64,000 nt of DNA from Gemmatimonadota bacterium. Its GTDB lineage: Bacteria; Gemmatimonadota; Gemmatimonadetes; Longimicrobiales; Gaopeijiaceae. The stretch covers positions 64,001-128,000 of the forward strand of contig JBDHHQ010000003.1 of the NCBI GenBank assembly GCA_039589315.1, given 5' to 3'. Position 1 is the first letter of the stretch, and each line of letters opens with the position of its first letter. The notes under the pieces are model-generated. The model saw only the letters and a list, made by a program, of their open reading frames with translations, ran no database searches and was not told where the DNA came from. The position numbers and the translations under genes were made by a program. Positions 29,401 to 41,529 of the stretch are shown here, in pieces.

Positions 29401-29674
29401 GCGGTGGGCCTGCCTGGGGCGAAGTCGGCTCGGAAGCGGCAGCGGAGTCCAGGGCCGGTGCCGCGGCTGCCGAGTCGGCCACGGGCGTCGCCAGCGAATC
29501 GGCGCTCTGGCCTCGTGCCCCCGGGGCCGACAACAGAAGGAGCAGCATCCCCACGACCGGGACGATCGGCCGTCGCCCGGCGGGTGGGCCCGCGGCGGCG
29601 CCTGCCGGACCGGACGACGCTCCGGGGTGTAACGGGGGTGTTGAGGGGGGTGCTCTGTACCGCTCTAGAGTCAC
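23402..29674 (-). CDS. sprA: SprA-like very large outer-membrane protein (T9SS translocon family)
   Basis: About 2,050-2,090 aa; signal-like LLLLLSAPGARG; VAGTVSERVHVNVDFD, INVYYQGLEDEILQRLEVGDVS, DYIIDYDVGQV, DTEDLDGNG, GELWINEFRL; alternating beta-strand C-terminus. Start uncertain (ATG at 29548 possible). Confidence 0.82.
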   Translation of the reverse strand: MTLERYRAPPSTPPLHPGASSGPAGAAAGPPAGRRPIVPVVGMLLLLLSAPGARGQSADSLATPVADSAAAAPALDSAAASEPTSPQAGPPQEAAEAEPPLLQLGLRRMPLPFAIELPAVPGADSPWFAPLARPSSSGLAVELSPRVGRPVAGDPEAAGEVEADTVAFLPPEPVREPEEERDSLDTGAALQDLFAQYTDLQMRLRGRAEMGGDWTSFRPCDTGLQFTCNAPIIPRLTPELQFGLQVAGTVSERVHVNVDFDQTREFSAANNINVYYQGLEDEILQRLEVGDVSYQLPPNSRFLTEGIPAGNFGFQTTGQLGPVDFQAVWAQQKGDLSTREFRLSGAGGQQAFVQEDTLVLDDADYVEGQYFFLFDPAEIQDYPHFDILSLDGSRAPPELVPGTEQVQVYRFENDPITSQQVQGYIQADGFAVLDGDTIQESGWFRYLQPDADYFVHPSGLWVALRSPLRRDEMLAVTYITATGDSIGDYNPERLHNQGIRPRLQLLKASGASHQPGTPTWPLEMHHVYRISGSNDVEVNSVDVTVSLGELGAGRTFKRSPTGEDITFLKLFGLDEESPFDRLDRAQVYRPVDDSFQEQPPVSGTFLVFRTLQPFLDPPPVPSLNLSAEDTKAILGDDANGVIYESPDPVERAGGGLFRLTIPFRVRSEGLVSTFNLGALGIRDGSERISLGERLLVPRVDYIIDYDVGQVTLLDAQNLFAVAPNADIRATWEQKTVFQIAPTSVFGFNADYEMGERGSLNLLGLFQREKALVRRPQLGVEPKAVALGGVNGRLDFGASWLDRFLDRVPALHYSGTSSIRVAGELAMSLPNPNTQGDVYIDDFDGNADVPLSVLSTSWRLGSVPGRRDGAGTVLPPALDETDKTTLTWQHAWVQPDGRVFEGIFPQDIDQQINVAGTNTRDQVMLATVGADEDLTRDKWASFTTVLSTTGLDLTRMEFLEFYASVAEEDSVVMIIDVGRASEDAFFVDSAGATSGVKENGQAWGLGLRDEEAQLSVGEVWSDQADARGNWGEDCLATPGTIYIVGAPEANCTRGNGRADTEDLDGNGNLDGAERYYRYVVAFDGTSPFLARGKGETGTDFELYRLALRGENGTNVDGLVTDADWRSVKHIRITFVASASNAVLLTRMKLVGSRWVKRAQTGIVRGLGGDTLGSGGRLEVSPASSLTKGGAYSSPPGVLEELDNPTSALGAISVEFNEQSLGLTYDGVAPGERVEVFNRFPQRPRNFLTYRQARIWAVARDGDWDPALPVHFFVKVGNDSENFYLYRSRLTPAANPEAVTPVDWVPEHVIDFEVWFDLRRQAEEELILNPLATGDAPREVWSADSTYAVVLRDRGRAPNLYAVREMSLGVLNQSDIPIEGELWINEFRLSGGVRDPGLAGYVDVDLQAADVLTARLSVSDRGAFFRQLKADPSYQSDQLVSVNSTLQLGRFAPAPWGLEIPLTVQHTSTGLDPFFLPQSDIQAGEIPNLRETGSRRTRVQMAFRKRTPTASTIGSILLDGLDARLGYASAQSTTVTSSSLSSGLDGAIGYGRVLDARELDYIPSFLEPVIRFLFPRQLEEQILASRLRWTPDRFSLRATYNRQDNEAFRFEQILELPRDSIVSATLSPREGLETTADLSLRPFASLTASLAIAETRDLLPPAESIRDTVAQGVIAEERSRFLGLDVGWETNRVVRTQLGWRPSVTDWLRFDLGMNTSYRSDRNPSFVQTTITPVDSVMQGDSVIVIADTVSTLGRNANSQRDRRAGMTLDSRVLARSALGDAPRDGESALTGAGRWVLQALAPFRVTWLDGITSRFSRQLVDPGAGYQLGLGGREQFRFLDGDTASFVTDRESLTLASGLQLPLSFSVDVQYARSNVNSLDKRIGRGNQERTWPDVQAGFANLTLPGIASAVVRRLTLASGFQEVRRESDQGGTAEQLRVQEDRRIPVNLSITWAGNVSTSYSGSFQRGEGRDPAGDTERERQTHNVSVSSSFRPPGRLRERLDRPIQLIARFQYASQFDCRVTAGQGACTAFVDQINRTLNVSVDTAVQQFEMGLNLTFSDRQSFIGTRAGSSQVQFGIWGQFNLQAGLIP

Positions 29675-29728
29675 GCTAGGATACGCCGAGCCCAGAGCCG
29701 GTCTGTCCGGTCCCAGTATCGAAGGCGG

Positions 29729-31168
29729 ATGGGGATTCTCACCAGATATCTAATTCGCTCCCACGTGGGGCCGTTCCTCTTCGCCCTGTCCGCGCTCACC
29801 GGGTTGTTGTTCGTCAACGCCATTGCACAGAGGCTGGAGGATCTGTTCGGCAAGGGGCTGGGTTGGAACACGATCGCGGAATTCGCGTTGCTGTCCCTCC
29901 CCCACACCGTGGCTCTCACCCTCCCAATGGCCGTGTTGGTGGCCGTTCTGTACACCTTCTCCACCCTCACGGCGGCCAACGAGCTCACGGCCATGTCCGC
30001 GGGCGGGGTCCGGCCGATGCGGCTGATGATCCCCATGTTGGGTGTAGGACTAATTCTGGCGCTCGGCATGCTGTACTTCAATGATCGGGTGCTTCCGGCA
30101 TCCAACCATCGACTCGCCGGCCTCCTCCTGGACATAGGTCAGAAGAGCCCCACGTTCCAGCTGCGGGAGCAGGTGCTGAACGAGATCGACGCCGAGGACG
30201 GCCGCAGCAAGTTCTTCCTCCAGGCCGCCCAGATCGATCCGGTGACGAACCAGCTGGCCGATGTGGTGATCTACGATCGGAGCCGCCCGGAGCGCTTCCG
30301 CACCATCTACGCCGACCGGGGCATCATGGCCTTCAACGCGCACCGGACGGACCTGTTCCTCACGCTCTCCGACGGGGTGGTCCTCCAAGCGGGCGAGGCA
30401 CGGCCGGAGGAGTTCCAGCGCATCCTCTTCGATCGACAGGTCATCCCGCTCCGTGGCGTCGGCGACGAGCTGGAGCGGCAGCGGGAGCGGGAGCAGCGCA
30501 GCGACAGGGAGATGACCATCCCCATGCTGGCCGAGGAAGCCCGGAACCGTGACGAGCAGCTCACGGAGATCGCGGCCGAGTCGTATCGGCGGTCGCGCTG
30601 GGCCGTCGAGCGGGCGCTCGGGCTCACGGATGCCCCGCCCGACTCCATGACGGAGGAAGCCGCGGCGGCCATGCAGATCCCCATCGAGAGGCGATCGGAC
30701 GGGAGCCTCCCGGCCGATCCGGTGATCCGCAACGTCTCCCTGAATCTTCGCACGCAGGCGAGCCGTCAGCAGGTCATGCGCCAGTCCGCGAACCGCTTCC
30801 GGGTCGAGATCCACAAGAAGTTCAGCCTCTCTTTCACCTGTCTGGTATTCGTGCTCATCGGCGCACCCCTGGCGATCCGGTTTCCCCGGGGCGGGGTTGG
30901 CATGGTGATCGCCTTCGCGCTCATGATCTTCGGCGTGTACTGGGTCGGGCTCATCGGAGGCGAGCGCATGGCCGACCGGGGTACGGTGACCCCCTTCGCG
31001 GCCATGTGGCTGCCGAACCTGATCTTCCTGATGCTGGGCGCGCTCGGCGCCCGGCAGATGGGGCAGGAGGCCGGCAACAACCGGGGCGGGAGCTGGGAGG
31101 AGGTCTCTTGGACCGTCCGCCAGGCGCTCGTCCGTCTGGTTCCCCGAGCGGCCAGGCGAACGACGTGA
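29729..31168 (+). CDS. lptF: LPS export ABC transporter permease LptF
   Basis: ILTRYLIR, LTLPMAVLVAVL, NELTAMSAGGV, EIHKKFSLSF, AMWLPN. Confidence 0.88.
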   Translation: MGILTRYLIRSHVGPFLFALSALTGLLFVNAIAQRLEDLFGKGLGWNTIAEFALLSLPHTVALTLPMAVLVAVLYTFSTLTAANELTAMSAGGVRPMRLMIPMLGVGLILALGMLYFNDRVLPASNHRLAGLLLDIGQKSPTFQLREQVLNEIDAEDGRSKFFLQAAQIDPVTNQLADVVIYDRSRPERFRTIYADRGIMAFNAHRTDLFLTLSDGVVLQAGEARPEEFQRILFDRQVIPLRGVGDELERQREREQRSDREMTIPMLAEEARNRDEQLTEIAAESYRRSRWAVERALGLTDAPPDSMTEEAAAAMQIPIERRSDGSLPADPVIRNVSLNLRTQASRQQVMRQSANRFRVEIHKKFSLSFTCLVFVLIGAPLAIRFPRGGVGMVIAFALMIFGVYWVGLIGGERMADRGTVTPFAAMWLPNLIFLMLGALGARQMGQEAGNNRGGSWEEVSWTVRQALVRLVPRAARRTT

Positions 31169-32238
31169 TTCGCATCCTCGACCGCCTCGTCGCCAGGACG
31201 TTCCTCCGGATCTTCATCATCTTCATCCTGGGGGCGCCTGGTCTCTTCATCCTGGGGGACGTCACCGAGAAGCTGCACCGGTATCTGGACCGGGGGCTGA
31301 GCCTGGCCGACGTGGCCATGGGCTACCTGTACCAGATGCCGCTCTTCATCCTCTGGTCCTTCCCGATCGCGGCCCTGATCGCTGCGGTGTTCACCGTCCA
31401 GGGCATGACCGTCCACCGGGAGGTCGTGGCCGCCAAGGCCGGGGGCATCTCGTTCCACCGCCTCATCTTCCCGCTCGCGGTGCTGGGAGTCGGTTTGACC
31501 GGTGCGGCCCTCTACCTCACGGACATCGTTCCGGAGTCGAACAAACGGGCCGGACAGATCTTCCGCAACGAGGATCCCCGCCGGGAGTGGCGGTCCAACT
31601 TCGTATACCGGGCCTTTGACGGACGGACGCTGTCGGCGCGGCGCCTCACGGTCTCCAACGGACGGCTGGCCGGGTTGGCCATGGAGTCGGCGGGCTCGGA
31701 CCTGGAGCCCAGCCGCCATACGACGGCCGAAGAGGCCGTGTGGGACAGCACCAGCGGCTCTTGGACCCTGCTCAACGGGTACTACCGGCAATTCACGCCG
31801 GAGGGCCAGGAGATGGCGTTCCGCTTCGACGCCCTCCAACCGCGCTCGTTCACCGAGCGGCCCGACGAGCTGGTGGAGACACCGCCCCATGAAGACGAGA
31901 TGACGTACGCGGAGATGGGCCGGCTGGTGTCGATCATCGAGCGGACCGGGGGCGACGCCCGCCGGCTGCGCGTCCTCAGGGAGCAGAAGCTCGCGATCCC
32001 CGTGGCCACGCTGGTCATCATCTTGTTCGGGGCACCGCTCGCCACCAGCGCCAAGCGCGGCGGCAGCGCGTACGGGATCGGCCTGGCCCTGGCCTCGGTG
32101 ATCCTCTACATGTCGCTGTTCAAGGTGGCTCTCGCCGCCGGATCGGCCGGCGCCATGCCCCCGCAGCTGGCGGCATGGACGCCCAACGCCGTCTTCCTGG
32201 TCACGGGACTGCTTCTGCTGGCCCGCGTTCGCACCTGA
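31165..32238 (+). CDS. lptG: LPS export ABC transporter permease LptG
   Basis: RILDRLVAR, EVVAAKAGGIS, KLAIPVA, LAAWTPN; GTGA overlap with lptF. Confidence 0.88.
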   Translation: MIRILDRLVARTFLRIFIIFILGAPGLFILGDVTEKLHRYLDRGLSLADVAMGYLYQMPLFILWSFPIAALIAAVFTVQGMTVHREVVAAKAGGISFHRLIFPLAVLGVGLTGAALYLTDIVPESNKRAGQIFRNEDPRREWRSNFVYRAFDGRTLSARRLTVSNGRLAGLAMESAGSDLEPSRHTTAEEAVWDSTSGSWTLLNGYYRQFTPEGQEMAFRFDALQPRSFTERPDELVETPPHEDEMTYAEMGRLVSIIERTGGDARRLRVLREQKLAIPVATLVIILFGAPLATSAKRGGSAYGIGLALASVILYMSLFKVALAAGSAGAMPPQLAAWTPNAVFLVTGLLLLARVRT

Positions 32239-32285
32239 GGGTCCCCGGCGGATCGGACCCGAGTGGGGCGCGTCCATCCGGCCCG

Positions 32286-33179
32286 CTACGGGCGCCACCC
32301 TTCGAGCCCAGCACAGAAGCTCGGCGCCAGCTCACCGGTACCCACTTCCTGCACCGGACCACGGAGCGTGACCTCGAACCGCTCGGTCACCTCCACGTCG
32401 AACCGGCCGCCGTCCATGAACACGGCCAACTGGCCAGGAGGCAGAAGGCCGTTCCGCACGGCCGCGGCCGCCACCGCGCACGAGCTCGTGCCCGACGCCG
32501 AAGTGGGACCGACGCCCCGCTCCCAGATCCGGATACGCACCGCGGTCTCCCCCGCAGGCCAGGCGAGCTGGACGTTGGTGCCGTTCCGGAACGCCGGGTG
32601 GGTGGCCAACGCCGGCCCGAGCTCGTGCAGCACCTGGTCGGACAGGTCGTCGGTGAACACGACGCAGTGGGGATTGCCCACCGAAACCGGGATGATGGCC
32701 ACCGGCCCGGCAGGGAGGCGTATGCGGCCATCATCGTCCAGCGCCTCGCGATCCAGGTCGACCGCTGCGGGGTCGAACGAGACCTGTCCCATCTCGACCG
32801 AGACGTCGTGCTCGCCGTCCTCCGTGCGACCGTGTACCCGCATGCCCACCACCCCGCCACCCACCTCCACCCGGAAGGGCTCGTCGCCTACCATGCCGGT
32901 CGACGCCAGAAACGTCGCGTAGACGCGCAGTCCGTTGCCGCTCCGCTCGAACTCGGATCCGTCCGGGTTGAACATGCGGAGCCGCCTGACCGCGCCCACG
33001 GGAGGAAGCTCCAGGACGATGCCGTCGCTGCCCACACCCTCCCACCGGTGGCAGACGGCTTGCACGGCGGCCGGGTGTAGCGTCCACGCGGTACCGCTGG
33101 TGAAGACCAGGTAGTCGTTACCGAGGCCGTGGGCCTTGAAGTACCGGCGGCCAGCCCCAGGGAGCGCTGAACCCGTCAT
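32286..33179 (-). CDS. dapF: Diaminopimelate epimerase-like protein (both catalytic Cys replaced by Ser)
   Basis: FKAHGLGNDY, FNPDGSEFERSGNG, VGNPHCV, TNVQ, WERGVGPTSASGTSSCA. Confidence 0.8.
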   Translation of the reverse strand: MTGSALPGAGRRYFKAHGLGNDYLVFTSGTAWTLHPAAVQAVCHRWEGVGSDGIVLELPPVGAVRRLRMFNPDGSEFERSGNGLRVYATFLASTGMVGDEPFRVEVGGGVVGMRVHGRTEDGEHDVSVEMGQVSFDPAAVDLDREALDDDGRIRLPAGPVAIIPVSVGNPHCVVFTDDLSDQVLHELGPALATHPAFRNGTNVQLAWPAGETAVRIRIWERGVGPTSASGTSSCAVAAAAVRNGLLPPGQLAVFMDGGRFDVEVTERFEVTLRGPVQEVGTGELAPSFCAGLEGWRP

Positions 33180-33230
33180 GGCCCTACCCCCCGTGCTCCG
33201 GTGGCACGCCGCCCAGGCACGGCGCGCCGC

Positions 33231-34802
33231 TCAGAACAGTGCCTTGTTGCCGGGATACCAGCGGACGCCGGTACGAAGGGACAGAGAGGTCGCGACCCCG
33301 GCGGAGTACTCCACATCCACGGTGTTTCCCGTGGACCGCAAGATGTCCTCGGCGTCCTTCCGGGACCACGAGACCGTGTCTCCGCCGGTGGCGACGGCAC
33401 GGAAGACGAGGCCGGCGAAGATGCCCGTTGTCGGTCCCAGATCGTACGTCAGATCAGCGAACAGGTGCCCGCCCGGGGCGAACCAGGTGCGGTCCGTCCA
33501 CTCCACCTGGGGGGGATTCTCCGCGATGGGGTCGGCCAGCTGGTTGTTGCTGCCCCGATCCAGCTCGAGGCGCTGCCACGTGAACGTCGGGCCGAAGCCC
33601 AACTGGGCGTTCCACGTGTCCCCGTTGAGCACGTCGAAGGCGAACCAGAGATCTGCGCCCACGCTCTGGAAGTTCCGGTCGAAGGTCTGGGTCAGCAACG
33701 TCGGGGTCTGGTAGGTGCCGGTCGAGGACGCGGCTCCGCCGAACAGCGAGACACCGAAGAACCCGAACCTCCCGGTGTTCCACCGGACGCTCCCTTCGAT
33801 GCCGGGCCCTGTGCCGACCTCCTCCGTATAGAACGTGGCCCGAGGGTCCCGGCCGTTGGGTCGGATCAACACGGTCCCGTCGTAGAGCGTGGACGTGCCC
33901 CGTGCGCTCAGGGCGAGCGAGAGTGTCCAACGCGGACCGATGGGCGCGTGGTCGTCCAGCCCCAGCGCCGGGCCTCGCCCATCCTCGGTGTAGATCCGCA
34001 GGACTCCGTACCGTCCCATGTCGCCGTAGAGTACGCCCGCTTCGATGGGCGGCACCAGCTCGAATCGGTCGACCCGCTGCGGGTCCATGGCGATCAGGCT
34101 GCTGATGGCGTCCTGCATGAGGAGGTCGTCCACGACCACCTGCACCATGTGGCAGCTCGGCCCGTTCGCGAAGCGGCGGCGGAAGCGGTTGCTTTCGATG
34201 CAGATCGAGTCGGGGCGCTGCCGCACCGTCAGGCCCGGGACGCGGGCGGCTGCCACGAGGTCGCCCATCGTGGCTACCCGGGTGCGCACGGCATCCACCT
34301 CCTCCGGGCTCATGCCGTCGAAGCGGCTTCCCCTGGCGACCCTGGCGTCGACCTCCCGCGACCGGGCCGTCACGGAAAGGCCCGCGACCTCGATGGGACG
34401 GGTCGCGATCCGAAACTCCACCATGACCCGCTCGCCGGCGGTGACGACGAGGGAGTCCGACTGCAGTCCGTAGCCGATGTGCCGGACCTGGATCTCGTAG
34501 GATCCCGGCCGCAACCGGTCCAGGCGAAACTGTCCGAGGTCGTCGGTCACCTGGGTCCCGGGCACGCCCGCCGCGCCCACCGTCGCACCCTCCACCGATT
34601 CGTTCGTCTCGGCGTCCAGCACGCGTCCGATCACGGTGGCCTCGAGGCTCTGGGCCCGGATGTCGACCGCGCCCTGGGGCGCCAATGCCACGGCCAGGGC
34701 CAGGGCCCCCAGGGGCAGGGGCCGGCGGAGGCACCGAAGCGTTGCCCGGGGCTGCCGCGAGGGCGAGGCGCTCCCGCTCAATGGCGGGCCGATGGCGGGC
34801 AT
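33231..34802 (-). CDS. Outer-membrane protein: carboxypeptidase-regulatory-like domain, TonB plug-like domain and small beta-barrel
   Basis: GRVLDAETNESVEGATV...TDDLGQFRL...PGSYEIQVRHIGY; plug-like VDRFELV...AGVLYG...GVLRIYT; about 220-aa C-terminal amphipathic strands ending LRTGVRWYP. Confidence 0.7.
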   Translation of the reverse strand: MPAIGPPLSGSASPSRQPRATLRCLRRPLPLGALALAVALAPQGAVDIRAQSLEATVIGRVLDAETNESVEGATVGAAGVPGTQVTDDLGQFRLDRLRPGSYEIQVRHIGYGLQSDSLVVTAGERVMVEFRIATRPIEVAGLSVTARSREVDARVARGSRFDGMSPEEVDAVRTRVATMGDLVAAARVPGLTVRQRPDSICIESNRFRRRFANGPSCHMVQVVVDDLLMQDAISSLIAMDPQRVDRFELVPPIEAGVLYGDMGRYGVLRIYTEDGRGPALGLDDHAPIGPRWTLSLALSARGTSTLYDGTVLIRPNGRDPRATFYTEEVGTGPGIEGSVRWNTGRFGFFGVSLFGGAASSTGTYQTPTLLTQTFDRNFQSVGADLWFAFDVLNGDTWNAQLGFGPTFTWQRLELDRGSNNQLADPIAENPPQVEWTDRTWFAPGGHLFADLTYDLGPTTGIFAGLVFRAVATGGDTVSWSRKDAEDILRSTGNTVDVEYSAGVATSLSLRTGVRWYPGNKALF

Positions 34803-35007
34803 GATACCTTTCTGTTCAGGTGATTCGTCCGGGGTGATTTGCGGCATATTGCGGCCCTGTCAAAGAAACCGCTAAAAAGCCACGTCCTCGGCGCAGCTCT
34901 TGCGGCGAGCTTTTTCTTTTTGACCACCTGCTCCGTCGGTGGCCGGAAGGGCGAATCGTCGCCGCACCGCCCCGGGTCGTCCCCCGGTCGAAAGGAACGC
35001 GGGCCCC

Positions 35008-38708
<3,701 letters not shown>

Positions 38709-38712
<4 letters not shown>

Positions 38713-40583
38713 GCGCACGGGAGCTGCGGGAGCTCATCGAGGACGGCCGCGTCCATGTGATGGACGGCGCCATGGGTACGATGCTCTACGCCCGGGGCGT
38801 CTTCGTGAACGTGTGCTATGACGAGCTCAACGTCACCGAGCCCCGCCTGGTGCAGGACGTCCACGAGGCGTACGTGAGCGCCGGGTCCGAGATCATCGAG
38901 ACCAACACGTTCGGGGCCAACCCCGTCAAGCTGTCGAGCTGGGGGCTCGACGAGCGGACCGAGGAGATCAATCGGGCCGCAGCGCAGCTGGCCCGGGCCG
39001 CGGCCCGTGGGAAGGCCACCGTGCTCGGTGCCGTCGGGCCGCTGGGGATCCGCATCGAGCCGTGGGGCCCCACGTCACGCGCCGAGGCCCAGGCCCTCTT
39101 CCGACGCCAGCTCCAGGGGCTCCTCGAGGGTGGGGCGCACGGCTTCGTGCTCGAGACGTTCAGCGACCTCAGCGAGCTCGAGCAGGCGTACCGGGCCGCC
39201 CGCGATCTGTGTGATTTGCCCGTGTTCGCCCAGATCACGGTGGGCGAAGACGGAGCCACCGCGTACGGAACCGCGCCGGAGGTGGCGGCCTGGACGATGG
39301 CCGACTGGGGCACCGACGTGGTGGGCCTCAACTGCTCGGTGGGACCCGCCGTCATCCTGGACGCCGTGGAGCGCATGGCAGAGGTCACGGACCGGCCCCT
39401 CTCGGCACTGCCCAACGCCGGACTGCCCCGAGCGGTGGGCGACCGGATGATCTACATGGCGAGTCCCGAGTACATGGCCCAGTACGCGCGCCGGTTGCTC
39501 GAGGCAGGCGTGCGCTTCGTTGGGGGCTGCTGCGGGACTACGCCGGATCACATCAGCCGTATACGGGACACCGTCGCGTCGGTGCAGCCCAGGCCGGTCA
39601 CGGTGGGGATAGGCGCGGCACGGGTGCCCCCTGCCCCGCCGGGCCTCGAGGAGTCGCCCCTGGCCTCGCGGTCCGCGTGGGGGCGCAAGCTCTCCACCGG
39701 CTCCTTCGTAACGAGCGTCGAGGTCATGCCAGGGCGCGGCTGGGACGCAGGCCGGCTCGTCGAGGCGGCGCGGGCCCTGCATCGGGCCGGTGTCGACGCG
39801 GTCGCGATTCCGGACAGCCCGCTCGCGCAGGGCCGGATGGCTGCGGTACCTGCCGCCCTGGTGGTGGAGCGAGACGTGGGCATCGAGACCCTGGTCCACT
39901 ATACCTGCCGAAACCGCAACATGATCGGCATGGTGAGCGACCTTCTCGGAGCGGCCGCGGCGGGACTCCGCAACGTCCTGCTCGTCACCGGAGACCTTCC
40001 CACCGAAGGTCCGTACGCCCAGGCCACGCCCGTCTTCGACATCGACTCCATCGGCCTCACGAACGTCGTGCACCATCTGAACCGGGGCGTGGACCCCGGT
40101 GGCAGCTCCATCGGCGAAGCCACCCGCTTCGTGATCGGCGTGGCCTTGAATCAGGGTGCCCGGGACATGGAGCGAGAGCTGGAGCGCTTTGCCTACAAGG
40201 TCGAAGCCGGTGCCCACTTCGCGGTCACTCAGCCCGTCTTCGCCGTGGAGGATCTGGCCCCCTTCCTCGAGCGGAGCAAGGCCTGGGCGATTCCGGTCGT
40301 CGCTGGCGTCTGGCCGTTCACCTCCCTCCGGAACGCCGAGTTCCTGGCCAACGAGGTTCCCGGGGTGCGGGTGCCGGACTCCGTGGTCCGGCGCATGCGA
40401 GACGCTGACGCCCGGGGTCAGGAGGCCGCGCAGCGAGAGGGCATGGCCATCGCCAACGAGGTCATCGAGGCCGTCCGGCCGCTGGTGGCGGGGGTCCACG
40501 TGGGCACGCCGGGACCCGTCACGGAAGCCATAGAGCTGCTGGCTTCGACGGACGTGATCCCCCTTTCGGGAACGGGCCGCTGA
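38709..40583 (+). CDS. Bifunctional homocysteine S-methyltransferase / methylenetetrahydrofolate reductase (YitJ-like)
   Basis: [22 protein letters not shown], then MTHFR domain [33 protein letters not shown] overlap with metH. Confidence 0.92.
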
Positions 40584-40657
40584 CCGGAAGCTCCGGACGG
40601 TCGCAACGGAGGGCGCGCTAAGCCCCGCGGGTGAGTCGTCGATACCCATTGAAGAGG

Positions 40658-40681
40658 GGTCGAACGCTCGACCGTTCGACC
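40658..40681. other. Perfect 9-bp inverted repeat GGTCGAACG-N6-CGTTCGACC
   Basis: Intergenic between the yitJ-like gene and the hypothetical gene; no U-tract. Confidence 0.6.
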
Positions 40682-40715
40682 GGAGCATCGACAGCACCCT
40701 GGTAGGCAGGCTGCA

Positions 40716-41402
40716 ATGGGCACGGTACTGGCAAAGCGCTCGCTCTGGACGGCGATCGCCGAGAATTCATTCCCGTTCTTCGAAGCTGACGGATTCCGCA
40801 ACGAAGTCGTGGATCGGTTGGAGGCCTACGCGGAGCGTGTGGGTGGTCAGGTCGAGGAGCTCCCGCCCGTGGAGGACTCCGGCGAGATCTTCCGTGTCCA
40901 CCTCGACGACTTGCCCTTCCCCGACGGACCCGGTCGGGGGTGCGTCGAGGTGACGGCCTACCGGGCCTTCGGCCAACTCCACCTCTCGCTGGTGGTGGAG
41001 CACGATCGGCTCTTCCGCTCGCTCGACGGTCGGTCCGGCAGCCGTCTCTTCCTGCACGACTACAAGTTCGTTCGTGCCTACGGGCCGGAGAACCCACCGA
41101 GCCCGGACGAGATCGATGACGCGCTGACGGGCGTGGAGCGGGCCCGTACGGTCGTTCAGCGGCGGAACCAGGCAGCCGGCTCCAGCCGCAGCCCCTTCGC
41201 CCGCATCCGGATCGCCTTGCGCGCCTCCGCCGAGGCCGCCCTCCCGCCCTGGGGCATGGGCCTGGGTGGAGACGAGGAAGCGGCACCCGTGACCCAGGGG
41301 CGGGCAACCGTCATCAAGGCGCTGCAAGAGGAGCGTCCCCGCCCGGTGAAGATCCGGATCCGGCGACGGAAGGACGACGCGGAGGGGCCGGCGGACGACT
41401 GA
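40716..41402 (+). CDS. Hypothetical protein
   Basis: 228-aa ORF with natural composition filling the gap between genes; no motif recognised. Confidence 0.7.
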   Translation: MGTVLAKRSLWTAIAENSFPFFEADGFRNEVVDRLEAYAERVGGQVEELPPVEDSGEIFRVHLDDLPFPDGPGRGCVEVTAYRAFGQLHLSLVVEHDRLFRSLDGRSGSRLFLHDYKFVRAYGPENPPSPDEIDDALTGVERARTVVQRRNQAAGSSRSPFARIRIALRASAEAALPPWGMGLGGDEEAAPVTQGRATVIKALQEERPRPVKIRIRRRKDDAEGPADD

Positions 41403-41476
41403 GCCCGACCCTCCTCTCGCTTCGACGCGGAGAGGGGCCCGACACCCCAGGGGCTGGTGCCGAGGGACCCCGGAGT

Positions 41477-41488
41477 AAACATTTGTGT
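41477..41488. promoter_or_regulatory. Candidate operator AAACATTTGTGT upstream of rlpA
   Basis: 41 nt before the ATG; matches the recurring motif. Confidence 0.4.
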
Positions 41489-41529
41489 ACGGCTCTCGGA
41501 CGGACACCGCACCCCAGGAGGATTCGGGC

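Noticed and set aside
40661..40677. CGAAC...GTTCG as a LexA box
   Set aside because: The spacer is 8 nt, not 4; kept only as an inverted repeat.
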